Of a DNA stretch of 64,000 nucleotides, positions 22,850 through 35,699 are shown one piece after another; position 1 is the first letter of the stretch; each line of letters begins with the position of its first letter. The DNA is from Scyliorhinus canicula (Eukaryota): assembly GCF_902713615.1 (NCBI RefSeq), contig NC_052159.1, forward strand, positions 128,980,432 to 129,044,431, written 5' to 3'. The notes under the pieces were generated by a model that saw only the letters and a program-made list of their open reading frames with translations, did not search any database and had not been told where the DNA came from. A program made the translations under genes and the position numbers.

Positions 22850-23970
22850 AAAAGACAGGAAGTTAAAGTAGATGTACTGGAGCAGGTTGAGGAAGGAAGT
22901 AGTTCGAGACATTAACCTAGTGGGGAGATGTTTACATTTCTGAAAGTTCTTCCAAAATTTGAGTAAAAGGATGTGGAAGCTTTTCTTTAAAAAGGTAGTT
23001 AAACAAATGGAATGACCTGAATAAATTTCAACATTACTTTTACAATGAAGGCTGGTACAGACAGCTACTGAGTTGGATGCATCATTGTCGGAAGAGGTAT
23101 CTGTAGATCATGATATAGTCAAGAAAGCAATCCTAGTGTATATGAGTTGGTCCCTGAGGCATAGAGGCGGAAATTTCAAAACGCAGGAAAATAGCCTGGA
23201 CAAACACATATTGAATTTGCAAGGGTGAAGCAAAATCATTTTGATTGCTGGATACGGGCATTAAAGAGAGACCAGATTTGTTTCCATCACCCTTTTAAAC
23301 CAGAGAAGGAAAGAAGGTGGAAAAAAACAAATAGTCAGGGAAAAGATGGAACAGTTGGGAATGAAGAGGAAATGTCACCTCAGATCGAAAGGGAAGGTGC
23401 TAAGGGTGGAAGTGACATTCAGAGAACGAAGTGTTTCCATTGTAATAAAGTGAGACATGTGAGGGCAGATTGTTGGAAATTAAATGGAAGACTAATTGCA
23501 ATAGTATGAAAGGAAGCATCTGAAAAAGAAACGGCTGCTCAAACTGCAGCAGTGGTGAAGGTGAAATATGCTCTTTCAGAGTCAGTGAGAAAAGGGGGAT
23601 AGACCTTAAGATAGTTCAGATAATTATTTAAGTATTGGAGACGTACTGGAGAAGGGAATCAAGATATTGGAGATTCAGGATGTTTTGTTCCAAAGGGAGA
23701 AGGTTTCCCTTACTCATCCAAGAAAATATGTAAACAAATTAAAATTTTGAAAGTTACAGGAGCAGATCAATCATTGATGATAGCTGATGACACAATTTGT
23801 ATTCCAGGAAGTTCTATGAAGGAAAAAGTATTAATAAGGGATATTACATGAAGGGATGACCTGTTTCTTTGTGTCAAGGTAATTTAAGAATTTTGTAGAT
23901 TGAATTGTTATCATGGGAAATTTCCTATTGGAGGAATAGATTTCATCCTTGGTAATAACTTCGCTTGCGG
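22850..23970 (+). pseudogene. Degenerate Gypsy (Gmr1-like) gag-protease remnant
   Basis: LPKFE.KDVEAF, YELVPEA, CFHCNKVRHVRADC knuckle, PIGGIDFILGN. Confidence 0.65.
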
Positions 23971-25099
23971 AGACAGTAATGTGATGACAACTGTATTGCA
24001 ACAGCCAGTTGATCATGGTGATCTTAGCAAACTTTTGAAAACTACTGTGGAGGAAAATAAGACACATATTACAGATAGCAATCAATTATTGAAAAATCTG
24101 ATTAATACAAAAAATCAACTTTCAAGTATGAAACTGGAGTTTGCGAGTGAAAAGAAGAGAACTGATGAGAACAATTGAGAATCAGACAGGAAAAGTACAA
24201 CTTTTGGCTGAGGATTTGAACGATCAGACAGGAAAAGTACAACATCTGGCTGAGGATTTGAACGATCTAAAGGATAAACTTGAAAAAGCAAACCTAGCAA
24301 AGATTGATCTTCAGTTAAAACTTGGTGAACTTCAAGCATCAGAAGTATTTATGAAGTATCATGGGAAATGCCTTGAAAAAGAAAAAGGGGTCTGGTCAAA
24401 CAAAATAAGTGGTTAAAGCAGAATTGAAAAGCAAACCGAACAAACTGTTAGAACATTTTTGTGAGAAGAACATGGAGATTTTTGAACTTGAAAGCAAAAC
24501 AGAGGAAATGAAGAAGAAGATGGATGGTACAGTTTCGCAATTCGAAAGTTATTCCTGTGACTAAAAACTAATTGTTGAATAGTGAACAAGTTGAGCAGAT
24601 AACTTATCCAAGTAATTGACGTATCAAAGTCAGTAATGGACAATAAGAAAATCACTGAAGTACCTGCAGAGTTTGAAAGTACGGATTGTCAACCAGAAGT
24701 ACTGACATTGCAAAATGATCTTTCTGAGTCAATGACCAGATACTCTGATTTAAACAGGCTTGTTAGTGATATTGCACAAAATGTAGCATTTGGAAGAAAG
24801 GCAAGTGAGCAGATGCCAAAGACCATTCAAACTCTACTGAGAACTGGACTGAGATAGATCAGAAATTATGTGAAAAAGTCAAAGGATTCGAACGAACTAT
24901 GAAACTCCAGAGAGGAAGTGATTGACATGGCTCAACACTGAATTGAAAAGAACTTGTTTGAAATGGAACTTGGAGAAACAATGACTAAGACATTGTAATT
25001 CTATAGTACGATATGTAATTGTGAACTCATTGTGAACTAAGAAAACTGTTTTTGTATGATGTAAGAACTTTCATGATTAGACAGTTGTCATGTTAAGTT

Positions 25100-26900
25100 T
25101 CGAACATCAACTGAGAACATCACGATACATCAGCTCTATAATTAGTTTGTGGCCATGCCACAGTGGCTCCTGAATCATGCCAGTGACTGGGAGTTGGACA
25201 CCCCCTACACTGTAGTGTGGGGTGTTTGTCTTTCAGCTGCCTTGGAGCCACTGCTACTTCTCCGATAGGACTGTCGCTCTGGCACATGAATTTAAATTAA
25301 AGTTGGTAGATGGACGGTCACGGAGATGTCTGTGTTCTAGAAGCAAAAGCTGCATCATCTGCTGTCACCCATGAAGAAAGGGTGTGCGTCTTCTGTGTCG
25401 GTTGGCCTTAACTTTGTGGATGACTCTCGGATTGCCGATGTACTGCGGAGGTCATGACTGGCACAGCTTACTGAAGTGTCACGATCTGTGGCAGTGGACG
25501 CATGTGACAGCACTCGCGGGGCATTGTCTTTTCTGCGAGTGGGCTTTGCACCGCAGCACTGACATAGTCGTTCGGCTGGGTGGTTGGATGATGGTTTATC
25601 CTGGCTTGGATGTTGCCTGCACTTGCGTGGCTTTTACCTGCTATGTGAAGTCCTGTATCCTTGCAGCATAGTCCAGCTTTGTTCATGTAGCTCCGATGGT
25701 CTCTTCCACTGAATGCTCTTGTCGAGGGTACAGAAGCCTGCAGGCCTGCGGCCTTTGTGCAGGGGTCTGGAGTAAAACTGTCCATTAGAGAAACTTTCCC
25801 GCAAAGTTTCAGCTCTGAGATTGATCAGCGCCATAGGTAAGACATGTCTGTGGTGGTCATAAAGATTTGTGTTGCATCTTCAACATACTTCAACGTGTGG
25901 GTGTCCCTTCAAGAGAGAAGGGGACTGCAAGATAGTGTCGGCGATATCGCTAAAGCTGGGATTTCTGCATGCATTGCAGTCTTGGTGCAAAAATCAAAAT
26001 GGCGGTGGCTATTCGCTGAGGAAGAACAAGCCACAAAATATGTTGCTGCTGAGGGTTGTTTTAGACAGCACGGTAGCACAAGTGATTAGCACTGTGGCTT
26101 CACAGCGCCAGGGTCCCAGGTTTGATTCCCCGCTGGGTCACTGTGCGGAGTCTGCACCTTCTCCCCGTGTGTGCGTGGGTTTCCTTCGGGTGCTCCGGTT
26201 TCCTCCCTCAGTCCAAAGATGTGCTGTTAGGTGGATTGGCCATGATAAATTGCCCTTAGAGTCCAAAAAGGTTAGGAGGGGTCATTGGGTTACGGGGATA
26301 GGGTGGAAGTGAGGGCTTAATTGGGTCGGTGCAGACTCGATGGGCAGAATGGCCTCCTTCTGCACTGTATGTTCTATGTTCTATGTGGACACAAAGACAT
26401 GCTGCAGGCTGGGGACGGGTCGGGAGGGCACAATACCCGCTGGTCGGAAGGCTGAAGAACAACAAGGCAATTGATTCTTATTAAAATTCTTTCATGTTTG
26501 ATCTTTTTTTTGCTTTTTTAAAACTTTCTTTTTCCAGACGTTCCGGACTCAAGGGTATGGAAGGTGTCAAGTCGGAGCTCCTTCCAGGGATGGAATGTAC
26601 AACTGGGTTTCTGGCTGGATGGACTTTTTTTTAATTGTTCATAGGACTGGCTTGCCTGGATCTTTGACATGATTTTCTCTCACCCTGCAGGTTGCTGACT
26701 CTGCTTTGTTGGAGCTGATCTTCCAGAGGGATTGAACGGAGACATTTGCTTCAGCTGAAACTCTTTTCTGCTGCCAGGCTCTCATTTCTCTGGAGTTTCT
26801 CAGGTGGCTTTTCTCAGCTTTTTGCTTCTTGAATGAGATTGCATCACTGCAGAATTGTTTCCGATGTCCTTTTTCTGTCTTTTGAATTTGTCAGTCTTTT
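25100..26900 (-). mobile_element. Degenerate LTR-retrotransposon gag-like remnant
   Basis: Frameshifted Cys/His knuckle-like peptide (CVHCHRS.HFSKLC) near 25450-25530. Confidence 0.35.
26065..26384 (+). mobile_element. HE1-type SINE
   Basis: Head, V-domain, tail with (TGTTCTA)n. Confidence 0.88.
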
Positions 26901-27857
26901 AATGAGGATGTGAATTTTTATCCGTCTCTGCCACCATTATTGTTGCTACCCTCGTTGGGGTATGGTTCTTACTGTGGGCGTTTTAATCAGCGAGATACCG
27001 TGTGCAAAACACCGATGACCACTTTGCTATTGTTTCCTATTAGTCAGGTCACAGGGAGGTGGCACGGTGTCACAATAGTTAGCACTGCTGCCTCACAGTG
27101 CCAAGGACCCGATTCTGACCTTGGGTGACTCTGTGTGGAGTTTACATGTTCGCCTTGTCTCTGCAGGTGAGCAGATTTGTGTATTATTCCTTGTGTCTGA
27201 ATAAAGCTCATAGTCTTAACAGTTGAAGTAGATGCTTTATTTCTATGGGTTCGTTCTCTCTCCAGCCTTTATACTATATGTTACATCTGAGCTGCCTGTC
27301 TGTGTCCTGCTCACCAGCTGCCGTTCCTGTGGAGAAACTACTTCCTGTCTGTCTATGTATTTATACATCTCTGGTGCTACCTCCAGTGGTTACTTAGTTG
27401 TAGTGTGTTTACCTTAACCCCTTGTGTATATACAGTGATGCATATCACTACAGACACCTTTTTTCTTTTTACATATTTTCTGTACTTTGTTAAAGAAAAT
27501 TGCATAACACAGGTAGATAAATGTTGATATGTACAAGCTGTGATGATGTTGATGTTTATACAAGCCAATTAATATTTATGAGTCCAATATTAATTTAAAA
27601 AATTAGGAGTCCAAACTTTATGAATTTGTACAGTTGAGTTGCTTTCTTCTTCTGTTGTAGTGATGTTGATGTTGTCATTTCTTTGTGAACGTTGTCAGTG
27701 TTCTTATGTTTAAGTAACCAAGAGGTCATCATGAGGTGTTTGAATGGTCAAATCACTTTGTTGTCTGATTTAGACTTCTTTTTACTATGCTTGTAGTAGC
27801 GATTCTGTATTTCATCTTTGTTGTCTGTCCTGGACTTTTTTCTGTGCTTGCGTTATT

Positions 27858-28165
27858 GGGCAGCATGGTAGCACACATGGCTAGAACTGTGGCTTCACAG
27901 TGCCAGGGTCCCAGGTTCGATTCCCCGCTGGGTCACTCTCTGTGCGGAGTCTGCACGTTCTCCCCATGTCTGGGTGGGTTTCCTCCGGGTGCTCCGGTTT
28001 CCTCCCGCATTCCAAAGATGTGCAGATTAGGTGGATTGGCCATGCTAATTTGCCCTTAGTGTCCAAAAAGGTTAGGAGGGGTTATTGGGTTATGGGGATC
28101 AGGTGGAAAGGGCTTAAGTGGGTCGGTGCAGAATGCCTCCTTCTGAACTGTATGTTCTATGTTCT
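27858..28165 (+). mobile_element. HE1-type SINE inside the LTR element
   Basis: Head, core and tail; flanking TTTGTTGTCTG.CCTGGACTTTTTTCTGTG is repeated on both sides. Confidence 0.85.
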
Positions 28166-28389
28166 ATTGATTCTGTATGTCGTCTTTGTTGTCTGACCTG
28201 GACTTTTTTCTGTGTTTGCGGTATTGATGCTGTATGTCAATACCACTCTTGAAAGCTGGTTTGCTTGTTTGTAGTGGAGAAAATGTGAATTTGTGAGACT
28301 CGTTGTCATGCCATGGCATGTTTGTACTCTTGCCATTGCTTTGAGCTTGCTATTACATTGTCCTTCTTGTGCAGAGTTGTACCATGTCG

Positions 28390-28632
28390 TACAAGTTGTT
28401 GTTTCATTGTTGTTATTTTTGTCGTTTGTCTTTGTTGTTTCCATTGTTGTTCTTGTTGTTTTTGTCGTGCTTGTTATTGCTGTTGCTGCCTTTGTTATGC
28501 TCTTTGTTGTTGTTTTTGTTGTTGTTCTTATAGTTTTTGTTGTCATGCTTGTAATTTGTTGTTGTGCTTGTTGTGCTTCTTGTTATTTCTGTTGTTTCTG
28601 TTGTTGTTCTTGTTTCTGTTGTGCTTCTTGTG
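28390..28632. repeat. Degenerate (GTT)n low-complexity tract
   Basis: Direct inspection. Confidence 0.85.
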
Positions 28633-30304
28633 TTTTTTGTTGTTTTTGTTGCGCTCAATGACTGTTCCATGTGGATAATTCGAGTCATTCAGTGTCCTTT
28701 GTGGTATCTGATGTTTCATTGAGCATTTCTTCTTGAGGATTGTGAGAATTATCTGATGTTGCATTGATCTTGGTGACATCACTCATTTGTGGTTGATGTG
28801 ATTCCTCTTTGGTTCCGAGATGCTCCTCTTCTGGAGTCATTTCTGGTTCACTTGAATCATCATTGATTTTGTGGTGCTCCTCTTTTGGAGTCATTTCAGT
28901 TCATTTGAATCATCTTTGGTTTCTTGGTGCTCCTCTTCTGAAGTCAAAATCTTCAAGATTTCATCTTCGTGTGAGTAGTTAAAAGTAGATGCGGTTTTAA
29001 TTGACGTGGTCTCACTGGAATCACAAGTGGTCGTGCCACTCAAGTCACGTTCTTTTGTACAGATGAGCTGAGATCTATCAGTCTCGCTGTGATCTTGCAC
29101 ATCTTGTATGGGAATTGTGATTTCTTCATAACTTGTCTCACATAGTGGGTAGACATTCAGTGTCTTCTTGCTGGTTTAATGAGCTGGGTAGACTTTCATA
29201 GTCTTCTTCTGGTGGCTCAAATAAGCTGGGCAGACATTCATAGTCTTTTTGTTGTTCACGTGAGCTTGGTAGACTTTCATAGTCTGCTGCTGGTTGCTCA
29301 GATAAGGTTGATAGACATTCATGTCTTGTTCATGCATGGACTTCGCTATGGTGTATTACGTTGCTTCCATTTTGGAGTCTGTCAACGAGCTCTCTGTGGA
29401 GACTTGCATCGCTCTCTGTGTGGAGTCTTTCATTGCTTTCTGTGTGGAGTCGTGCTGTGGTCTCTCTGTGGAGTTGATCTCAATGGAGTCGTTCAGTACT
29501 CGCTGTGTGGCATCGTTTTCTTCTTGGGTATTTGACAGGTTGCTGTCATCCAATGTATCGACGATCTGCCATTGCATCATGGTATTGGATTCATCTACTA
29601 TGAGTAGAGTCGTGTTGAGCTTTTCTACCGCGGCGCTTGTGCCTTTATGATCATCATATCTGAATAACTCAGCCATGTCTGATTAGTATTCTTTTGTTTC
29701 GGATTTCTCATTGTGCTCTGCACCTCGGGTGGTGCAAACAGGTTGTTCCAGGGTGCTGCGGAAGTTATTTTCAACTGATGGTAGAAGTTCAGTCATTGCT
29801 CTGTCTTTCAAGGTAAAAGAATTGTGTTTTGTAGCTATATAACTCTTTTTTTCAATTTTCGGGCATTTCCCCTTTAAATGGGTGTGGACTGGGGCCTCTG
29901 ACATCATGACGCTCATGACGTAAATCGCAAATCAATTTTCCTTTACTGTGCAGTTTATCGTAAACTGCGCATGCGCGACTTGCGCAGGCGCAGAACGATT
30001 TGCGCCCAAAAGGTATTTTTTCAATTCGCATGCGCGGCTGCTGTTTCCTGCGCATGTACAGACCTAGGTTTGCGTATTTTGTTCCCCAGGCAGTTTAAAA
30101 TGTGCTCAGACACCATTTTAACTTCTTCAGACCCATGGAAATGTATTTTTTTGCCATTTCTTCTGGTGAAAAACAAAGTTTTTTTTTCTTGCAATCTGCC
30201 CTTGTCAATCGCAATTTCCCTCAGTTAACCTTTCTGTTCTGATGATTGCTTGAGTTTCACAACACTCATTCCCTGTGTAATTTGGTCTCTGAGCATTAAA
30301 TGTC

Positions 30305-30577
30305 TTAAAGCGCATTGTTCCTGGTGTTACAGTAATTTTCTAATTTTTTAAGTATTACTTCTAATTCAGTGTTGTCTCCACCTTGCAAGTAATTAAAGCA
30401 GTTATAGATTTCACTAGCTTCATGTTCTGCTAGTAGAAGTGCTATTTTCATTTCTTCTGAGGCCGCACTTAACCCATTAGCTACGATATACAGTTTGAAC
30501 GTTTGTTTAAAGAATTTCCATCTATGTCTTAAATTATCGGTTGTTTTCAGCTGCGGTGGAGTTCCAACGAGTTTCAT
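30305..30577 (-). pseudogene. gag: Gypsy Gag N-terminal fragment
   Basis: PPQL..NL...WKFFKQTFKLYI...KIALLL...ILKKLENYC. Confidence 0.7.
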
Positions 30578-31194
30578 CGACTCAGCGAAGTCTCCCCACG
30601 TCCGAGTTTTCTTCTGTTTTCAATCTTGCTTTGTCTGCACCTTGTGTAACTTTTCTGGTAAACGTTCTGAAGTCTCCTGGTACCATGTATTATTCCTTGT
30701 GTCAGAATAAAGCTTGTAGTCTTACAGTTGACGTATATGCTTCATTCTATGAGTTTGTTCTCTCTCCAGGGCTTATACTATGTTACATCTGAGCTGCCTG
30801 TCTGTGTCCTGCTCACCAGCTGCTGTACCTGTGAAGAGAAACTACTTCCTGTTTGTTTATGTATACGTACATCTCTGGTGCTCCCTCTAGTGGTTACTTA
30901 GTTGTAGTGTATTTACCTTGACCCCTTGTGTATACACAATGATGCATATCTCTACAGTAGATGAATTGGCCGTTCTAATATTACCCAAAGGTTAGCTTCA
31001 GTTACGGGGACAGGGGCGGAGGATTGGGCCTAAGTCGGACGCTCCATTGGAGCAGGGGTCGGTGCAGACTCGATGGGCTAATGTCCTTCTTCTGCACTGT
31101 AGGGATTCTATGATTTCTACCCATGATGGCTACTGCCTGAACATCATGAAGTAGTCTTGTTAAAGTTACAAGAAAGTCTTTATTAACAGTTGTC

Positions 31195-31815
31195 ACTCCC
31201 ATCTACCAACTCACCCACATATCACCCTACTTGCATACCACCCTACCCATCTGTCACCCCTCCTGCCACTTCATCCGCCTGCCAAACTATGCAACTGCCA
31301 CCCGACCTATTTACAACTTAACCCATCTACCCATATACGCACCTACCATCTCACACACCCAACATCGTAGTCAACTGGCTCCCTGCCCACCAACTACCTC
31401 ACCCACCTGGCACCCTACCCAACTATCATCCCACCCAACTACTGCACGCCAACCGACCGCCCTATCCCTCTGTCACCCTGTGCGCATACTATGTCACCCA
31501 CCTACCACCATACCAACCTGCTATCCAAACCACCTACAACTTCACCACCCACCAGCCAGACCACCTGCCACCATACCTGTCGAGTAAAGGGTTAACTTCA
31601 TATGCTTACATAATGCTGATGTAATAATGATGTTAGAACACATGGCTGAGGAAGAAGGGGGACCTGGAAGGAGGTGAGCCTCCAGATTTGTGTACAGGTT
31701 CAAATGTGTAAATACTTGCTGCCAACCTATCAGCTAACCCAACTGCCTCCACACCCACCTATACCCTATCCACCTGCTACCCACCACTTCACCACAGACC
31801 TCATCCACGTACCCA
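31195..31815. repeat. C/A-rich low-complexity region
   Basis: Degenerate CCAC/CCTAC repeats. Confidence 0.6.
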
Positions 31816-32016
31816 CTGTGTTCAGCATTTCTGGAGAATTTAAACAGAGGCAGTCTTCATCTATTAGAACCATCATTGTTCCACTTTTCCCAATGCTGTA
31901 TTCTGAACTGGCGGGTCTTTCCCTTAAAAAAAAAACTTGCAATTATGTCACACTTTCCATGATCTAATCATGTTCCCAATGGATTTGACATCCAATGAAG
32001 AACTATGAGGTGAAGG

Positions 32017-32560
32017 GGAGGCACGGTGGCTCAGTAGTTAGCACTTGCTACCTCACAGCACCGAGGACCTGGGTTCCATCCCGGACCCAGGTCACTGTCC
32101 GTGTGGTAATTTCACATTCTCCCCGTGTCTGCGTGGGTCTCACACTGACAACCCAAAGATATGCAGGTAGATTCGGGGCCTCACGGTGGCATGGTGGTTA
32201 GCATCAATGCTTCACAGCTCCAGGGTCCCAGGTTCGATTCCCGGCTGGGTCACTGTCTGTGTGGAGTCTGCACGTCCTCCCCGTGTGTGCGTGGGTTTCC
32301 TCCGGGTGCTCCGGTTTCCTCCCACAGTCCAAAGATGTGCGGGTTAGGTGGATTGGCCATGATAAATTGCCCGTAGTGTAAGGTTAATGGGGGGATTGTT
32401 GGTATGTGGGTTTAAGTAGGGTGATCATGGCTCGGCACAACATCGAGGGCCGAAGGGCCTGTTCTGTGCTGTACTGTTCTATGTTCTATGTTCTATTGGC
32501 CACGCAAAATTGCCCCTGAACTGGACAAAAAAAGAATTGGGTACTTTAAATTCCAAAAAA
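32017..32560 (+). mobile_element. SINE containing a nested young HE1-type SINE (32174-32495)
   Basis: Outer SINE core GTAGATT|GGCCACGC is interrupted by a complete second SINE. Confidence 0.8.
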
Positions 32561-33742
32561 TAACTTTGAAATGTGCTGTCTCTTGTAATGTAACAACTGT
32601 GGTGGCCAATGTATGCACAGAAATGTCCCGTAAACAGCAATGACCAGATAATCTGTAGGAGTGATGGAGGTTGTGGGGAAATGGTTGGCAAGGAGGCAGA
32701 GCAAAGGGAAAAGCTGCAATGTTCCCTGGAGGAGCTGCTCTCAGTCCATTTCACTTCAAGGACTTTGCACACCATTTGTATTTTGCGGGTTCAGTGTCGG
32801 TGCAAAGGCAAAAGATCTCTACACTGATTCTAAATTTGTAGTGTGAATGCACCATTAAGCTTTTGCTTGCAGCACCCTTTGCCGCTCCTTGGAAAGTAAT
32901 GAGCTGTGGTGGGAGCAGACAGCCAAGACAAACTGCTGAGTCAGGATGTTTCAACAAGAACAACTTCTTAAATTAATGCACTTCTCATGGCAAAAAAAAT
33001 CCCAAGGTGCTTCAGGGACAGCATTCTGGGAAATGTTTTGAAAGGGGGGTGAAAGATGGATAGGCTGAGGGATTTAGGGATTGTATCCCAGAGAGTAGAG
33101 CCAAAGATGCTGAAGCTACAGGCTTGGAAAAAATAGCAAAGGAGCACAGCAAAACCAGGGGAGAATTTAAAAATAAATTTATTTAATCTATTTCAAACAT
33201 GAGGCATTTGGAAATAGAGGAACGGGTGGGTAGTTGAGTGAGACATGGTACAGGACAACAGACTTTAAACGGGGTGTAGTATATATAGAGGTGAATGATG
33301 CCAACAAAGAAGGGGCCATTAGCGTAATGAAGCCAAGGAGTAATAAAATCATGTGGAAGAGTTTCAGCTTTGTGGGGTTTGGTGGGGTGGGCGGAGTGGG
33401 GGTGGGGGAGTTTACTACCATGGATATAGCATTGCAGTAATGCAACTGACTGCACTTTCTGATGGAAAAGCGATCACACAGAATTGTTATAGTGTAGAAG
33501 GAGGCCAATTGGCCCATTATGACTGCATCGGCTCTCCAAATGAGCATTATGACTGTCTTTTCCCCACACCTCTGCACATTGTTTGTATTTAACTATGTGC
33601 AATGGTGGGTATTGAATGGATTAAGATTGGGCCCAATTGATTTGAAGTTCAGTTCAGGCATCTATGGTGTGCTGAGGTTCAGAACACTTTGGCTCAGCCC
33701 AAGAGAATGGCCAGTGAGACGGCTAATTGCGGCAGAGATAAT

Positions 33743-33916
33743 GGGCTAGATTCTCCGTCCTGCCATGCCACAATTCTGTTTCAGCACGCCGGCTGGATGC
33801 TCCATTATGTCGGCTGGTCAATGGGGGGGGCAGCCATTGTAGGGCAGTCCCACGCCATCGGGAAATCCCCAGGCTGCCGGCAAAATGGAGCATCCCGCTG
33901 GTGGAGAATCTAGCCC
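33743..33916. mobile_element. MITE with perfect 14-bp TIRs GGGCTAGATTCTCC
   Basis: TIRs at 33743-33756 and 33903-33916. Confidence 0.8.
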
Positions 33917-34069
33917 GTGGCTTTGGTCTGCCTATTGTTGAGCTGGAGGAATTTAAAACTCATCCGAAGCTGGATAAGATATTGTCACTGACCCAGTAAT
34001 CCAGAAACTTGGACTAATTCTCTCAAGTAACAAGATTTTACATTCAACTCAATTAATAAATCTAGATAA

Positions 34070-34570
34070 AAAACTCCCGGCTCCCACGCCAAAAACGGCA
34101 GGAGAATGGCCGGGGCCCTGGCCGCTCATGCGTACGGCTGAGGACCTGCAGCAATTGCGCCATACAACATTGTGCCAACCGTGCACGGGCCCGCCATCCG
34201 CGACCCCACAGGCCATCCCTGGCCACCCCCACCAGTTCCCCCAGCCCTCGCGGAAGCTCCCCCGGCCAGCGGCACGGATCCCGGCCGAGTGTGGCGGCGC
34301 TAGACACAGTCCGCAGCCCCCACGCGGGGTTCCTGACCGTTGAGACCACATATGTCCCATGCCATCGGGAACTTGTCCCATTGAGGGTGGAGCATAACGG
34401 GAGGGCCTGCCGATGGAAAGCCAACGCCGTTGCAACAGCGTGCAGTGCGCGATGCGATTACGCCATTTCTGGGGGTGCGGAGCATGGCTGACGGATCAAA
34501 CCTGCGCCGGCCCTGATTTGGGTGTCGGAATCGATTCTCCGCCTGATCGCCAATTCCGATATCACCGTTG
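34070..34570. mobile_element. GC-rich non-autonomous DNA transposon fragment
   Basis: Composition and motifs similar to 51156-51836. Confidence 0.5.
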
Positions 34571-34719
34571 GACAATGTACAATCCAGCCCATCATCTTCT
34601 TTCGCATGATGGATATCAGCCGAACATTATATCTAGCCGTACAAGCCATCTTCTCCTTATCTTCTACCCAATTGTAATCATTAAAAAATTTCCTCTTTAT
34701 GTTCTAAAGTGCTGATCAC

Positions 34720-35216
34720 CTGTGTCATAAGCTTCACCCGCACAGGACTTATAGGCTTCCCGCTAAGGGGGTGGAGAAGCTCAATTAATATTGTATAAAG
34801 GTCGGCCATTTGGGACGGCTGTTCAGAACCTGTTGGGTACCACTGAGAGCCATGTACCTTAAACATTGGAAATAAGCCTTTGTTTTGTTTGTTGCAACTT
34901 GGTGCAGACATATGCTCCTATGCCCGTATGCTCCTAAAACTAGCGGCGAGGAGTAAAACTGGTCTGCTGCTAATGCTGCAGCCCTGTCGCTTCTGCCAGC
35001 TCCCTGCATTCACATGCCCTAGTTGGAGCCTTGCTTTATCGCCATACCTATGCTCGGGCGGCTGGACACATTTGACGCCGGTGTTGAGGATTGGACTCAG
35101 TTTGCAGACCGGGTGCGCTATTTCTTTCGTGCAAATAGCACGAAGATGAGTGCCAGGTGGTGATCCTGTTGAACTCTGTGGAGCCCACACGTTTGGATCA
35201 TTCGGAGCCTTACGTA
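34720..35216 (+). mobile_element. Gypsy LTR + decayed PBS + gag start remnant
   Basis: MLGRLDTFDAGVEDWTQFADRVRYFFRAN gag-like peptide ~35050-35140. Confidence 0.55.
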
Positions 35217-35699
35217 CTGATCTGCATCAGAGGCTGTGTGATGCTCACCAGCTGTATCTGGGGAGTATTACATAGCCTCTGATGCAGATCAGGTGAAAAC
35301 AGGGACCTCCCAGGATCGAGCAGTCAGAGGCCAGCTAGATCCCAGAACACATCTATGCTGGGCAGGTGATGCGTCTCTGGACACATTTATCCCTCAGCTG
35401 CTTGAGATGCAAAGGCAGAGCTGGGAATACCAGGAGGGATTGTCAGTAACATTCCTGTGACTGCAAAGCCAAATGGAGGATTCCCAAAACCTTCAGTTGC
35501 AGAAGATGTTGCCAAAATTGCATGGCACCCAGGCCTGGGGCAAGATGCCAGTGTTATATCACCCAAAACTCGGCTGGGACCCTCCAGGTCCAGGCCTTCC
35601 AGAGGACGCCTGCCAAGGGCATCTCAGGCAATGGGGAGTGGAAGGCCGCAGGCCACCTCCACTTATGAACTGTATTCTGGGAATACAGTTGGACATAAT

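Larger units (their letters stand above)
27180..30956 (-). mobile_element. Non-autonomous Gypsy-derived LTR element
   Basis: ~270-bp direct repeats at 27180-27451 and 30686-30956; PBS TGGTACCAGGAG (tRNA-Leu-like) at 30674-30685; A-rich PPT ~27455-27470; Gag N-terminus at 30305-30577; no pol. Confidence 0.85.
27055..31118 (+). mobile_element. HE1-type SINE split in two (27055-27175 and 30957-31118) by an LTR element
   Basis: SINE head and core left of 27180; core continuation and tail right of 30956. Confidence 0.7.

Noticed and set aside
26065-26135. tRNA genes at SINE heads
   Set aside because: tRNA-derived SINE promoters without a full cloverleaf
28157-28782. Cys-, Val-, Asn- and Thr-rich ORFs in several frames
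   Set aside because: Products of the (GTT)n tract, which lacks stop codons
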